A stretch of DNA of 64,000 bases from assembly GCA_040390235.1 (NCBI GenBank), contig JAZJYT010000029.1, forward strand, positions 1,473 to 65,472, given 5' to 3'. The notes below the pieces were generated by a model. The model had not been told where the DNA came from, did no database searches, and saw only the letters and a program-made list of their open reading frames with translations. Position numbers and translations under genes: made by a program. Shown piece after piece: positions 55,453 to 64,000 of this stretch (the stretch's first letter is position 1; every line of letters starts with the position of its first letter). Source of the DNA: Pseudomonadota bacterium. Lineage in GTDB: Bacteria > Pseudomonadota > Gammaproteobacteria > Burkholderiales > Burkholderiaceae_C.

Positions 55453-56376
55453 ATGGCTGCTATTACCGCAAGCATGGTGGGCGAACTGCGCGCCAAGACC
55501 GATGCGCCCATGATGGAATGCAAGAAGGCCCTGACCGAGGCCGACGGCAACATGGACAAGGCTGAAGAGCTGCTGCGCATCAAGCTGGGCAACAAGGCCG
55601 GCAAGGCATCCGCCCGCATCACCGCCGAAGGCGTGGTGACGAGCTTCATCGACGGCACCACCGGCGCGCTGCTCGAAATCAACTGCGAAACCGACTTCGT
55701 CACCAAGAACGACAGCTTCCTGGCTCTGGCCAATGCCGCCGCCGGCCTGATTGCCAAGAACAACCCCGCCGACGTTGCCGCCCTGGGCGCGTTGCCCTAC
55801 GCGCAGGACGGCTTCGGCCCGACCCTGGAAGACGTGCGCAGGGGCCTGATCGGCAAGATCGGCGAGAACATGACCTTCCGCCGCTTCAAGCGCTTCGCTG
55901 GCGGCGCGCAGCTGGCCTCTTACCTGCACGGCACCCGCATCGGCGTGTTCGTCGAGTACGAAGGTGACGCCGCGATCGCCAAGGATGTCGCCATGCACAT
56001 CGCCGCCATGAAGCCGGTCGCGCTGGCGACTGCCGACGTGTCCGCCGACCTGATCGAGAAGGAACGTGCGGTTGCCGCCGGCAAGGCCGACGAAGACCGC
56101 AAGGTCGCCGAAGCCGCCGGCAAGCCGGTGCAGCCGGCCGAAATCGTCGCCAAGCGCGTCGAAGGCGCGGTGCAGAAGTTCCTGAAGGAAGTCTCGCTGT
56201 TCAACCAGCCCTTCGTGAAGAACGACAAGCAGACCGTCGAGCAGGTGCTCAAGGCTGCCGGCACCACGGTCAAGGGCTTTACGATGTACATCGTGGGCGA
56301 AGGCATCGAGAAGAAGGTCGACGACTTCGCCGCCGAAGTGGCGGCCCAGGTCGCCGCCGCCAAGAGCGCGGCCTAA
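55453..56376 (+). CDS. tsf: translation elongation factor Ts
   Basis: [42 protein letters not shown]... Confidence 0.97.
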   Translation: MAAITASMVGELRAKTDAPMMECKKALTEADGNMDKAEELLRIKLGNKAGKASARITAEGVVTSFIDGTTGALLEINCETDFVTKNDSFLALANAAAGLIAKNNPADVAALGALPYAQDGFGPTLEDVRRGLIGKIGENMTFRRFKRFAGGAQLASYLHGTRIGVFVEYEGDAAIAKDVAMHIAAMKPVALATADVSADLIEKERAVAAGKADEDRKVAEAAGKPVQPAEIVAKRVEGAVQKFLKEVSLFNQPFVKNDKQTVEQVLKAAGTTVKGFTMYIVGEGIEKKVDDFAAEVAAQVAAAKSAA

Positions 56377-56380
56377 AAAA

Positions 56381-56407
56381 GGGCGGTGCACTGCACCGCC
56401 TTTTTTT
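56381..56407 (+). terminator. rho-independent terminator after tsf
   Basis: gggcggtgca/ctgcaccgcc stem followed by ttttttt. Confidence 0.8.
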
Positions 56408-56450
56408 CCACCAGAATAACGCCCGCAACCACCCCCTAGGAGTTCCCCCG

Positions 56451-57173
56451 ATGTCCAACGCCAAGCCAGCCCACAAGCGCATCCTGCTCAAGCTGTCCGG
56501 CGAAGCACTCATGGGGGACGACGCCTTCGGCATCAACCGCGCCACCATCGTGCGGATGGTCGAGGAGATCGCCGAGGTCACGCGCCTGGGGGTGCAGGTG
56601 GCCATCGTCATCGGCGGCGGCAACATCTTCCGCGGCGTGGCCGGCGGTTCGGTCGGCATGGACCGCGCCACCGCCGACTACATGGGCATGTTGGCCACGG
56701 TGATGAACGCGCTGGCACTGGCCGACGCGATGGACAAGCAGGGCCTGATCGCCCGTGTCATGTCGGCCATCGCCATCGAGCAGGTGGTCGAGCCCTACGT
56801 GCGGCCCAAGGCGCTGCAGTACCTGGAAGAGGGCAAGGTGGTGGTCTTCGCGGCCGGCACCGGCAACCCCTTCTTCACCACCGACACGGCCGCCGCACTG
56901 CGCGGCGCGGAAATCGGCGCCGAGCTGGTGCTCAAGGCCACCAAGGTCGACGGCGTATACACCGCCGACCCGAAGATCGATCCCACCGCCAAGCGTTATT
57001 CGACGATTTCCTTCGACGAGGCCATGGCGCAGAATCTCGGCATCATGGATGCCACCGCCTTCGCGCTGTGCCGCGACCAGAAGCTGCCGGTGAAGGTGTT
57101 TTCCATCCTCAAGCACGGCGCGCTCAAGCGTGTGGTGATGGGCGAGGACGAGGGTACGCTGGTACACGCATAA
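56451..57173 (+). CDS. pyrH: UMP kinase
   Basis: ...[21 protein letters not shown]...[10 protein letters not shown]...[15 protein letters not shown]... Confidence 0.95.
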   Translation: MSNAKPAHKRILLKLSGEALMGDDAFGINRATIVRMVEEIAEVTRLGVQVAIVIGGGNIFRGVAGGSVGMDRATADYMGMLATVMNALALADAMDKQGLIARVMSAIAIEQVVEPYVRPKALQYLEEGKVVVFAAGTGNPFFTTDTAAALRGAEIGAELVLKATKVDGVYTADPKIDPTAKRYSTISFDEAMAQNLGIMDATAFALCRDQKLPVKVFSILKHGALKRVVMGEDEGTLVHA

Positions 57174-57200
57174 GGCGCGACAGGCGCAGGAGAGAACCAC

Positions 57201-57761
57201 ATGAGCATTGCCGACATCCGAACGAATGCGGAGGCCAAGATGGACCAGTCCATCGCCGCCTTCAAGAACAACCTCACCAAGATCCGCACCGGCCGCGCCA
57301 ACCCGGCGCTGCTCGATTCGGTGCAGGTCGACTACTACGGCTCGATGGTGCCCATCACGCAGGTCGCCAACGTGTCGCTGCTGGACAACCGCACCATCAG
57401 CGTCCAGCCCTGGGAAAAGGGCATGGGCGCCAAGATCGAGAAGGCCATCCGCGAAAGCGACCTGGGCCTGAACCCAGCCTCCATGGGCGACCTGATCCGC
57501 GTGCCGATGCCGCCGATGAGCGAGGAGCGCCGCAAGGAAATGACCAAGCTGGTGCGCAACGAGGGCGAGAGCGCCAAGATCGCCGTGCGCAACCTGCGCC
57601 GCGACGCCAACGACGCGGTGAAGAAGCTGGTCAAGGACAAGGAAGCCTCCGAGGACGACCAGAAGCGCGCCGAGTCCGACGTGCAGAAGGTCACCGACCG
57701 CCATGTGATCGAGATCGACAAGCTGGTGGCGGCCAAGGAAGCGGAAATACTCGCGGTCTGA
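57201..57761 (+). CDS. frr: ribosome recycling factor
   Basis: 186 aa: ...[39 protein letters not shown]... Confidence 0.95.
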   Translation: MSIADIRTNAEAKMDQSIAAFKNNLTKIRTGRANPALLDSVQVDYYGSMVPITQVANVSLLDNRTISVQPWEKGMGAKIEKAIRESDLGLNPASMGDLIRVPMPPMSEERRKEMTKLVRNEGESAKIAVRNLRRDANDAVKKLVKDKEASEDDQKRAESDVQKVTDRHVIEIDKLVAAKEAEILAV

Positions 57762-57807
57762 CCGCATTGCGCCCGTGCCTGCACGCCCCCACGCCGACGC
57801 GTGCGAC

Positions 57808-58554
57808 ATGACACGCTCCGCCGTCCCCCACCACATCGCCATCGTCATGGATGGCAATGGCCGCTGGGCGACGCGGCGTTTCCTGCCGCGTTTCGCCGGC
57901 CACCGCCAGGGGGTCGAATCGCTGCGCCGCTGTGTCAAGGCCTGCGCCGAGCGCGGCGTCGCGGTGCTGACGGTTTTCGCCTTTTCGTCGGAGAACTGGA
58001 ACCGTCCGGCCGACGAGGTGGCGGGCCTGATGGATTTGCTCGGCAAGGCGCTTGCCAAGGAAGTGCCGAAGCTGCATGCCGACGGTGTGAAGGTGTTTTT
58101 CGTGGGCGACCGCTCGCGCCTGTCCGACAAGGTGCGCGCCGGGCTGGTGGCCGCCGAGGCCATGACGGCGGCAAACGACCGCCTGGTGCTCAACGTCTGC
58201 TTCAACTACGGCGGCCGCTGGGACATCGCCCAGGCGGCCCAGGCGGTGGCCGCGCGCGGCGAAGCCCTGACCGAGGACAACCTGCAGCGTTCCATGGCCC
58301 TGGCCCATGTGCCCGACCCGGACCTGCTGATCCGTACCGGTGGGGAGCAGCGCATCAGCAACTTCCTGCTGTGGCAGTGCGCCTACTCCGAGCTGTTTTT
58401 CAGCGACCGCCTGTGGCCGGAGTTCGACGACGCGGCGCTGGACGAGGCGATCGAGGCCTTCCGCCGGCGCGAGCGGCGCTACGGCAAGACCTCCGAGCAG
58501 CTGGGGCCGGCCGCCGGGCCGCAGCCCGCGGTGCTGGCACACTCGGCGCTTTAG
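57808..58554 (+). CDS. uppS: di-trans,poly-cis-undecaprenyl-diphosphate synthase
   Basis: From ATG 57808: ...PHHIAIVMDGNGRWA...FAFSSENWNRP...IRTGGEQRISNFLLWQCAYSELFF. Confidence 0.9.
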   Translation: MTRSAVPHHIAIVMDGNGRWATRRFLPRFAGHRQGVESLRRCVKACAERGVAVLTVFAFSSENWNRPADEVAGLMDLLGKALAKEVPKLHADGVKVFFVGDRSRLSDKVRAGLVAAEAMTAANDRLVLNVCFNYGGRWDIAQAAQAVAARGEALTEDNLQRSMALAHVPDPDLLIRTGGEQRISNFLLWQCAYSELFFSDRLWPEFDDAALDEAIEAFRRRERRYGKTSEQLGPAAGPQPAVLAHSAL

Positions 58555-58582
58555 CCGCCTTGCCGCCGGCATCGTTTTCCCC

Positions 58583-59440
58583 ATGCTCAAGCAACGCATC
58601 ATCACCGCCCTGGTCCTGCTGGCCATCCTGCTGCCGGCACTGTTCTACCCGTCGCCGGTCCCCTTCTGTGCATTGGCCTTGGTGCTGATGGCCGCTGCCG
58701 GCTGGGAGTGGGGCCGGCTCAACGGCTGCAGCAACCGCAACGCGCGCTACGTGGCCCTGGCCTGCGTGCTGCTCTGTGCGGCCTCGTGGGCCTCTGGCCT
58801 GCTGGTGCGGCCCCTGCCGCTGGTGTGGAGTGCCGGCGGGGCCCTGTGGGTGCTGCTGGGCGGGCTGCTGCTGCGCCGAGGAGTGGCCGGCTGGCCGGGC
58901 GCCACCCGCTCGCTGCGGCTGACCGGTGGGGTGCTGGCCCTGTGGCTGGCCTGGCTGGCGGTGGCGCAGGCGCGGGTCATGGGCATCAACTTCCTGCTGT
59001 CGGTGCTGCTGCTGGTGTGGATGGCCGACGTGTCGGCCTATTTCGCCGGCCGCGCTTTCGGCCTGCGTTTCAGCAAGCGCAAGCTCGCCCCCTCCATCAG
59101 CCCGGGCAAGAGCTGGGAAGGTGTCTGGGGCGGCATGCTGGGCGTGTTGGTGCTGGCCGTCGCCTGGGTGCTGGCCGACCGCGCGGCCGCGCCGCTGGAC
59201 CTGAGCCTGTACAGCCGGCTGGCCGCCCGGGGCTGGTGGCTGGTGGTGGTGGGGGTGGTCTTCCTGGCCGCCATGAGTGTGGTGGGCGACCTGGTCGAGT
59301 CGCTGGTCAAGCGCAGCGCCGGCGCCAAGGACAGCAGCCAGCTGCTGCCCGGCCATGGCGGTGTGCTCGACCGGGTCGATGCCCTGCTGCCCACGCTGCC
59401 CCTGGCGATGATGCTGGTCACCGCGGTGTCCTTCGGATGA
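58583..59440 (+). CDS. cdsA: phosphatidate cytidylyltransferase
   Basis: From ATG 58583: a polytopic protein ending with the CTP-transferase signature [29 protein letters not shown]. Confidence 0.9.
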   Translation: MLKQRIITALVLLAILLPALFYPSPVPFCALALVLMAAAGWEWGRLNGCSNRNARYVALACVLLCAASWASGLLVRPLPLVWSAGGALWVLLGGLLLRRGVAGWPGATRSLRLTGGVLALWLAWLAVAQARVMGINFLLSVLLLVWMADVSAYFAGRAFGLRFSKRKLAPSISPGKSWEGVWGGMLGVLVLAVAWVLADRAAAPLDLSLYSRLAARGWWLVVVGVVFLAAMSVVGDLVESLVKRSAGAKDSSQLLPGHGGVLDRVDALLPTLPLAMMLVTAVSFG

Positions 59441-60630
59441 GCGGCATGCCCGGCAAACAGCGGCTGACGGTGCTCGGCTCCACCGGCTCGGTCGGGACCA
59501 ATACGCTCGACGTGGTGGCCCGCCACCCGGAGCGGTTCGAGGTTTTTGCACTCGGCGCGGCGACCCAGGTCGACCTGCTGCTGGCCCAGTGCGCCCGCTT
59601 CCGGCCGCGCTTCGCCGCCATGGCCAGCGTGCCGCACGCCCGCCAGCTGCAGGAAAAGATCACCCAGGCCGGCCTGGCGGTCGCGGTGCTGGGCGGCCCT
59701 GCGGCCCTGGAGGAGATCGCCGCGCACGAGGAGGTCGATGCCGTCATGGGTGCCATCGTCGGTGCGGCGGGGCTGGCGCCCTGCCTGGCCGCCGCACGCG
59801 CCGGCAAACGCCTGCTGCTGGCCAACAAGGAGGCCCTGGTGGTCGGCGGGGAGTTGTTCATGGCCGCGGTGCGGACCGGTGGCGCCACGCTGCTGCCGAT
59901 CGACAGCGAGCATTCGGCCATCTTCCAGTCGCTGCCCGACGACCCGTCCACCTGGGAGCGCCGGGTGGACCGGCTGATCCTCACCGCCTCCGGCGGGCCC
60001 TTCCGCCAGCGCGACCCAGCCACCCTGGCGGCCGTGACACCGGAGGAGGCCTGCGCCCATCCGAACTGGTCGATGGGGCGCAAGATATCGGTCGATTCGG
60101 CCACCATGATGAACAAGGCGCTGGAAGTCATCGAGGCGCGCCACCTGTTCGGCCTGCCGCCGGAGCGTATCGAGGTGGTCATCCACCCCCAGAGCACGGT
60201 GCATTCGCTGGTGCAGTACCACGACGGTTCCCTGGTGGCGCAGCTCGGTGTGCCCGACATGCGGGTGCCCATCGCCTATGGCCTGGCGTGGCCCGAGCGC
60301 ATCGACAGCGGGGCCGCCAAACTGGATTTTTCGGCGCTTGCCGCCATGACCTTCGAAAAACCCGACGCCCGGCGTTTCCCCGGCCTTCAGTTGGCCTGGG
60401 ACGCGCTGCGCGGCCCGGCGGGAAGCACCGCCGTGCTGAATGCCGCCAACGAGGTGGCGGTGCAGGCTTTTCTCGACCGGCGTATCCGTTTCGACCAGAT
60501 CCACGCCGTCAACGTCGGCACGCTGGCGGCGGTCGACAGCGGCGCCGCGGCGTCTCTGGACGACCTGCTGGCCCTCGATGCGCGCACCCGTCTGGCAGCA
60601 GACGTGATAACGGCGCGGCTGCAGGCGTGA
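59437..60630 (+). CDS. dxr: 1-deoxy-D-xylulose 5-phosphate reductoisomerase
   Basis: ATG 59437 overlaps the cdsA stop (ATGA). It reads ...[17 protein letters not shown]...LLANKEALV...[11 protein letters not shown]...[23 protein letters not shown]. Confidence 0.95.
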   Translation: MSGMPGKQRLTVLGSTGSVGTNTLDVVARHPERFEVFALGAATQVDLLLAQCARFRPRFAAMASVPHARQLQEKITQAGLAVAVLGGPAALEEIAAHEEVDAVMGAIVGAAGLAPCLAAARAGKRLLLANKEALVVGGELFMAAVRTGGATLLPIDSEHSAIFQSLPDDPSTWERRVDRLILTASGGPFRQRDPATLAAVTPEEACAHPNWSMGRKISVDSATMMNKALEVIEARHLFGLPPERIEVVIHPQSTVHSLVQYHDGSLVAQLGVPDMRVPIAYGLAWPERIDSGAAKLDFSALAAMTFEKPDARRFPGLQLAWDALRGPAGSTAVLNAANEVAVQAFLDRRIRFDQIHAVNVGTLAAVDSGAAASLDDLLALDARTRLAADVITARLQA

Positions 60631-60691
60631 CGGCAGCGGCCACGGCAACAGTCACGGCAACAGTCACAATGGCGGCCATGGAGACACCTGC

Positions 60692-62053
60692 ATGCTGACG
60701 ACGGTTCTTGCCTTTCTTGTCGCGCTGGGCCTGCTGATCGCGGTCCACGAATACGGCCACTACCGCATGGCGCGTGCCTGCGGGGTCAAGGTGCTGCGCT
60801 TTTCCATTGGTTTTGGCAAGACGCTCTGGCGCTGGCAGCGCCCGGGTTCACCCACCGAGTTCGTGCTGGGGCTGCTGCCGCTGGGCGGCTACGTGAAGAT
60901 GCTCGACGAGCGCGAAGCCCCGGTGGCGTCCGAAGAGCGTCACCTGGCCTTCAACACCCAGCCGCTTGGCAAACGTGCGGCCATCGTCGCTGCCGGCCCG
61001 ATTGCCAACCTGCTGCTGGCCGTGCTGCTCTACACCGCCGTCAACTGGATCGGGGTGCAGGAAGCGCGCGCCGTGCTGGCCGCGCCGCTGGCCGGCTCGA
61101 TCGCGGCCAAGGCCGGGCTGCAAGGGGGCGACCAGGTGCTGCGCGCCGGCATCGAAGGCGAGGGCGGACGGGCGGTGCGCTCCTTCGAGGATTTCCACTG
61201 GCTGCTGACGCGGGCGGCGCTCGACAACCGCGACCTCGAACTCGACGTGGTGGGCTCCCAGGGCGGCGCGCGCAGCATCGTGCTGAATTTCGACCGGCTG
61301 GAGTCCCGCGATGCCGACATGCCGATGTTCCGTGCCATCGGTATCACCGGCCCGCGTACCGTCCCGGTCATCGGCGAGGTCAAGCCGGGGGGGGCGGCAT
61401 CGTCGGCCGGCCTGAAGAAGGGCGACATCGTGCGCCGCATCGGCGCTGTGCGTATCGACGACGGCGCCCAGCTGCGCGAACTCATCCGCTCGTCGGTGCG
61501 CGGCGCCACCACCGAGACGCTGACCTGGCAGGTCGAGCGCGCGGGCGCGCTGCTGGAACTGCCGGTCACCCCGGCCATCGTCAGCGAGAACGGCGTGGCC
61601 CTGGGCCGGGTCAGCGCGCTGATCGGCGGGCCGCCCGACATGATCCAGGTGCGTTATGGCCTATTCGACGGCGTATGGCGCGGTGTGGTCCAGACCTGGG
61701 ACGTGTCGGCCTTGACCCTGCGCATGATGGGCCGCATGGTGATCGGCCAGGCCTCGCTGAAAAACCTCAGCGGGCCGCTGACCATCGCCGACTACGCCGG
61801 CAAGTCGGCCAGCCTGGGCTTGACGCAGTACCTGGTTTTCCTGGCGCTGATCAGCGTCAGCCTGGGGGTATTGAACCTGCTGCCCTTGCCGGTGCTCGAT
61901 GGCGGGCACCTGGCGGTCTACCTCTGGGAAGCCGCTACCGGCAAGGGTGTTTCGGAGGCCGCGCTCGAATGGATGCAGCGCGGCGGCATCGCGGTGATCC
62001 TGCTGGCGATGTCGATTGCACTCTACAACGACGTCACCCGGCTTTTTGGCTGA
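60692..62053 (+). CDS. rseP: RIP metalloprotease (site-2 protease)
   Basis: 453 aa with the HEYGHY zinc motif at the N-terminus, two PDZ-like segments, and the C-terminal NLLPLPVLDGGH. Confidence 0.9.
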   Translation: MLTTVLAFLVALGLLIAVHEYGHYRMARACGVKVLRFSIGFGKTLWRWQRPGSPTEFVLGLLPLGGYVKMLDEREAPVASEERHLAFNTQPLGKRAAIVAAGPIANLLLAVLLYTAVNWIGVQEARAVLAAPLAGSIAAKAGLQGGDQVLRAGIEGEGGRAVRSFEDFHWLLTRAALDNRDLELDVVGSQGGARSIVLNFDRLESRDADMPMFRAIGITGPRTVPVIGEVKPGGAASSAGLKKGDIVRRIGAVRIDDGAQLRELIRSSVRGATTETLTWQVERAGALLELPVTPAIVSENGVALGRVSALIGGPPDMIQVRYGLFDGVWRGVVQTWDVSALTLRMMGRMVIGQASLKNLSGPLTIADYAGKSASLGLTQYLVFLALISVSLGVLNLLPLPVLDGGHLAVYLWEAATGKGVSEAALEWMQRGGIAVILLAMSIALYNDVTRLFG

Positions 62054-62143
62054 GTCGTCTCCGTCATAATTGCGCGTTGGCCGCGTCCGTCTGCTCCGCA
62101 GGCGGGGCCCGCCGTTTTCCCGGCACCTATTGACTCTTCATTC

Positions 62144-64000
62144 ATGAAGCAACACCTATCCCGTTTCCGCCTGCGTTCCGTCCCGGCGGTCGCCGCCCTG
62201 CTGTTCGCGGCCCAGGCGGCCTGGGCCGTCGACCCCTTCACGCTGCGCGACATCCGTGTCGAAGGCCTGCAGCGGGTGGAGCCCGGCACCGTGTTCGCCT
62301 CGCTGCCGTTCCGGGTCGGCGACGCCTACAACGACGAAAAGGGCTCCGGTGCGATCCGCACCCTGTTCGCGCTGGGCCTGTTCAAGGACGTGCGCCTGGA
62401 AGTCAAGGATGACGTGCTGACCGTCGTCGTCGAGGAACGCCCGACCGTGGCGGAAATCGACTTCTCCGGTAACAAGGAGTTCGACAAGGACGTGCTGAAG
62501 AAGGCGATGCGCGACATCGGCCTGACCGAGGGCCGCCCCTTCGACAAGGCGCTGGCCGACCGCGCCGAGCAGGAACTCAAGCGCCAATACGTCAACCGCA
62601 GCCTGTACGGCGCCGACGTGGTGACCACCGTCACCCCGATCGAGCGCAACCGGGTCAACCTCACCTTCTCCGTGACCGAAGGCGAGCCCGCCCGCATCAA
62701 GGACATCCGCCTGGTGGGCAACAAGGCCTTCAGCGAATCGACGCTCAAGGGCCTGTTCGACCTCGACACCGGTGGCTGGCTGAGCTGGTACACCAAGTCC
62801 GACCGCTATTCCCGCGCCAAGCTCAACGCCGACCTGGAGACGCTGCGTTCGTACTACCTGTCGCGCGGCTACCTCGAATTCAAGGTCGACTCGACCCAGG
62901 TCGCGATCTCCCCGGACAAGCAGGACATCAGCGTCACCGTCAACGTGACCGAAGGCGAACGCTACGTCGTGTCCTCGGTCAAGCTCGAAGGCGCCTACCT
63001 GGGCCGCGACGACGAATTCAAGTCGCTCATCAAGATCGTGCCCGGCGAGGCCTACAACGCCGACCAGGTGACGCAGACCACCAAGGCCTTCACCGACTAT
63101 TTCAGCAACTTCGGTTTCGCCTTCGCGCGGGTCGAGGCGGTGCCCGACATCGACCGGGCCAACAACCGCGTGGCCATCGTGCTGCAGGCCGAACCCTCGC
63201 GCCGCGCCTATGTGCGCCGTATTTCCGTCGCCGGCAACAACCGCAGCCGCGACGAGGTCATCCGCCGCGAATTCCGCCAGTTCGAGTCGTCCTGGTACGA
63301 CGGCGACAAGATCAAGCTCTCGCGCGACCGGGTCGACCGCCTGGGCTTCTTCACCAACGTCGATGTGGAAACGCAGGACGTGCCGGGCTCGCCCGACCAG
63401 GTCGACCTGGTCGTCAACGTGGTCGAGAAACCCACCGGCAGCCTGTCGCTGGGGGCCGGTTTCTCCAGCGCGGAAAAGGTGGCGCTCAGCTTCGGCATCA
63501 AGCAGGAAAACGTCTTCGGTTCGGGCAACTACCTGGGCATCGACGTCAATACCAGCAAATTCAACCGCGCCATCGTGTTGAGTACCACCAACCCGTACTT
63601 CACCAAGGACGGCATCTCGCGTACCTTCGACCTCTACCACCGTGCCTCGCGCCCCTACACCGACCAGGGTGGCAACTACCAGTTGCTGACGTCCGGGGCG
63701 AGCGCACGTTTCGGCGTTCCGTTCAGCGAAACCGATACGGTTTTCTTCGGTGCGGGGGCCGAGCGCACCGAAATCAAGCCGGGCACCAACATCCCGGGCG
63801 CCTACCTGGCCTACGCCGACAAGGTGGGTTACGTCAGTTATTCCATCCCGGTGACGATCGGCTGGTCGCGCGACAGCCGCGACAGCGCGCTGGCGCCCAG
63901 CAGCGGCCGTTTCCAGCGCTTCAACTCCGAAGCGGGTGTGGCCGGCGATGCCCGCTACGTGCGCGGCAACTACCAGATCCAGCAGTACGTGCCGCTGACC
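62144..64000 (+). CDS. bamA: outer membrane protein assembly factor BamA (partial; continues past the window end)
   Basis: ATG 62144: MKQHLSRFRLRSVPAVAALLFAAQAAWAVDPFTLRDIRVEGLQRVEPGTVFASLPF.., followed by POTRA repeats (...VVVEERPTVAEIDFSGNKEF..., ...RIKDIRLVGNKAFS...). There is no stop before 64000, so it is absent from the ORF track. Confidence 0.9.
   Translation, partial: MKQHLSRFRLRSVPAVAALLFAAQAAWAVDPFTLRDIRVEGLQRVEPGTVFASLPFRVGDAYNDEKGSGAIRTLFALGLFKDVRLEVKDDVLTVVVEERPTVAEIDFSGNKEFDKDVLKKAMRDIGLTEGRPFDKALADRAEQELKRQYVNRSLYGADVVTTVTPIERNRVNLTFSVTEGEPARIKDIRLVGNKAFSESTLKGLFDLDTGGWLSWYTKSDRYSRAKLNADLETLRSYYLSRGYLEFKVDSTQVAISPDKQDISVTVNVTEGERYVVSSVKLEGAYLGRDDEFKSLIKIVPGEAYNADQVTQTTKAFTDYFSNFGFAFARVEAVPDIDRANNRVAIVLQAEPSRRAYVRRISVAGNNRSRDEVIRREFRQFESSWYDGDKIKLSRDRVDRLGFFTNVDVETQDVPGSPDQVDLVVNVVEKPTGSLSLGAGFSSAEKVALSFGIKQENVFGSGNYLGIDVNTSKFNRAIVLSTTNPYFTKDGISRTFDLYHRASRPYTDQGGNYQLLTSGASARFGVPFSETDTVFFGAGAERTEIKPGTNIPGAYLAYADKVGYVSYSIPVTIGWSRDSRDSALAPSSGRFQRFNSEAGVAGDARYVRGNYQIQQYVPLT

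Overview
This is a high-GC window (about 70% by eye). It looks like core chromosome of a betaproteobacterium of the Burkholderiales type. That placement is an inference from a Bug/TctC-family binding protein, strong G/C third-codon bias and classic gene order.

I can support about 60 genes:
- A partial cysB-like regulator and a TauE permease.
- A zapB-like gene, zapA and a predicted 6S RNA.
- An 11.6-kb vitamin B12 uptake/salvage operon behind one cobalamin riboswitch (btuB, cobB, cobU, btuFCD, cobO, cbiB, cobD, cobQ, cobT).
- A GGDEF protein and nth.
- A sensor-less sigma-54 activator with an aminotransferase and a DUF6172-like gene.
- rhlE, an exported msrA, gdhA, an EamA transporter, trxC, serB, mfd, ispDF and envZ/ompR.
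- A SIMPL protein, bdhA, relA, tRNA-Val, panE, phaR, rimO, tRNA-Leu and rnr.
- A LysR-controlled D-carbamoylase / Bug SBP / D-aminoacylase cluster, and nnr.
- The conserved rpsB-tsf-pyrH-frr-uppS-cdsA-dxr-rseP-bamA block.

I found no CRISPR array, transposase, integrase, phage genes or recognisable defence system.

The only clearly accessory DNA is a roughly 1-kb islet at 19179-20211, between the convergent DUF6172-like gene and rhlE. It consists of 804 bp of AT-rich foreign sequence bracketed by 112/117-bp inverted repeats. Inside are an orphan three-helix membrane ORF, a truncated divergent ORF and a nested 157-bp element with perfect 21-bp arms. This is my best candidate for something undescribed, but the evidence is structural only.

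Secondary oddities:
- Clustered GGTAACG motifs in two promoter regions.
- A roughly 200-nt extragenic palindrome.
- An unlisted 55-codon ORF.
- A single-cysteine membrane-anchored MsrA.
- A terminator-like hairpin directly upstream of mfd.

Many long ORFs in the supplied track are antisense or read-through artefacts of the GC content.
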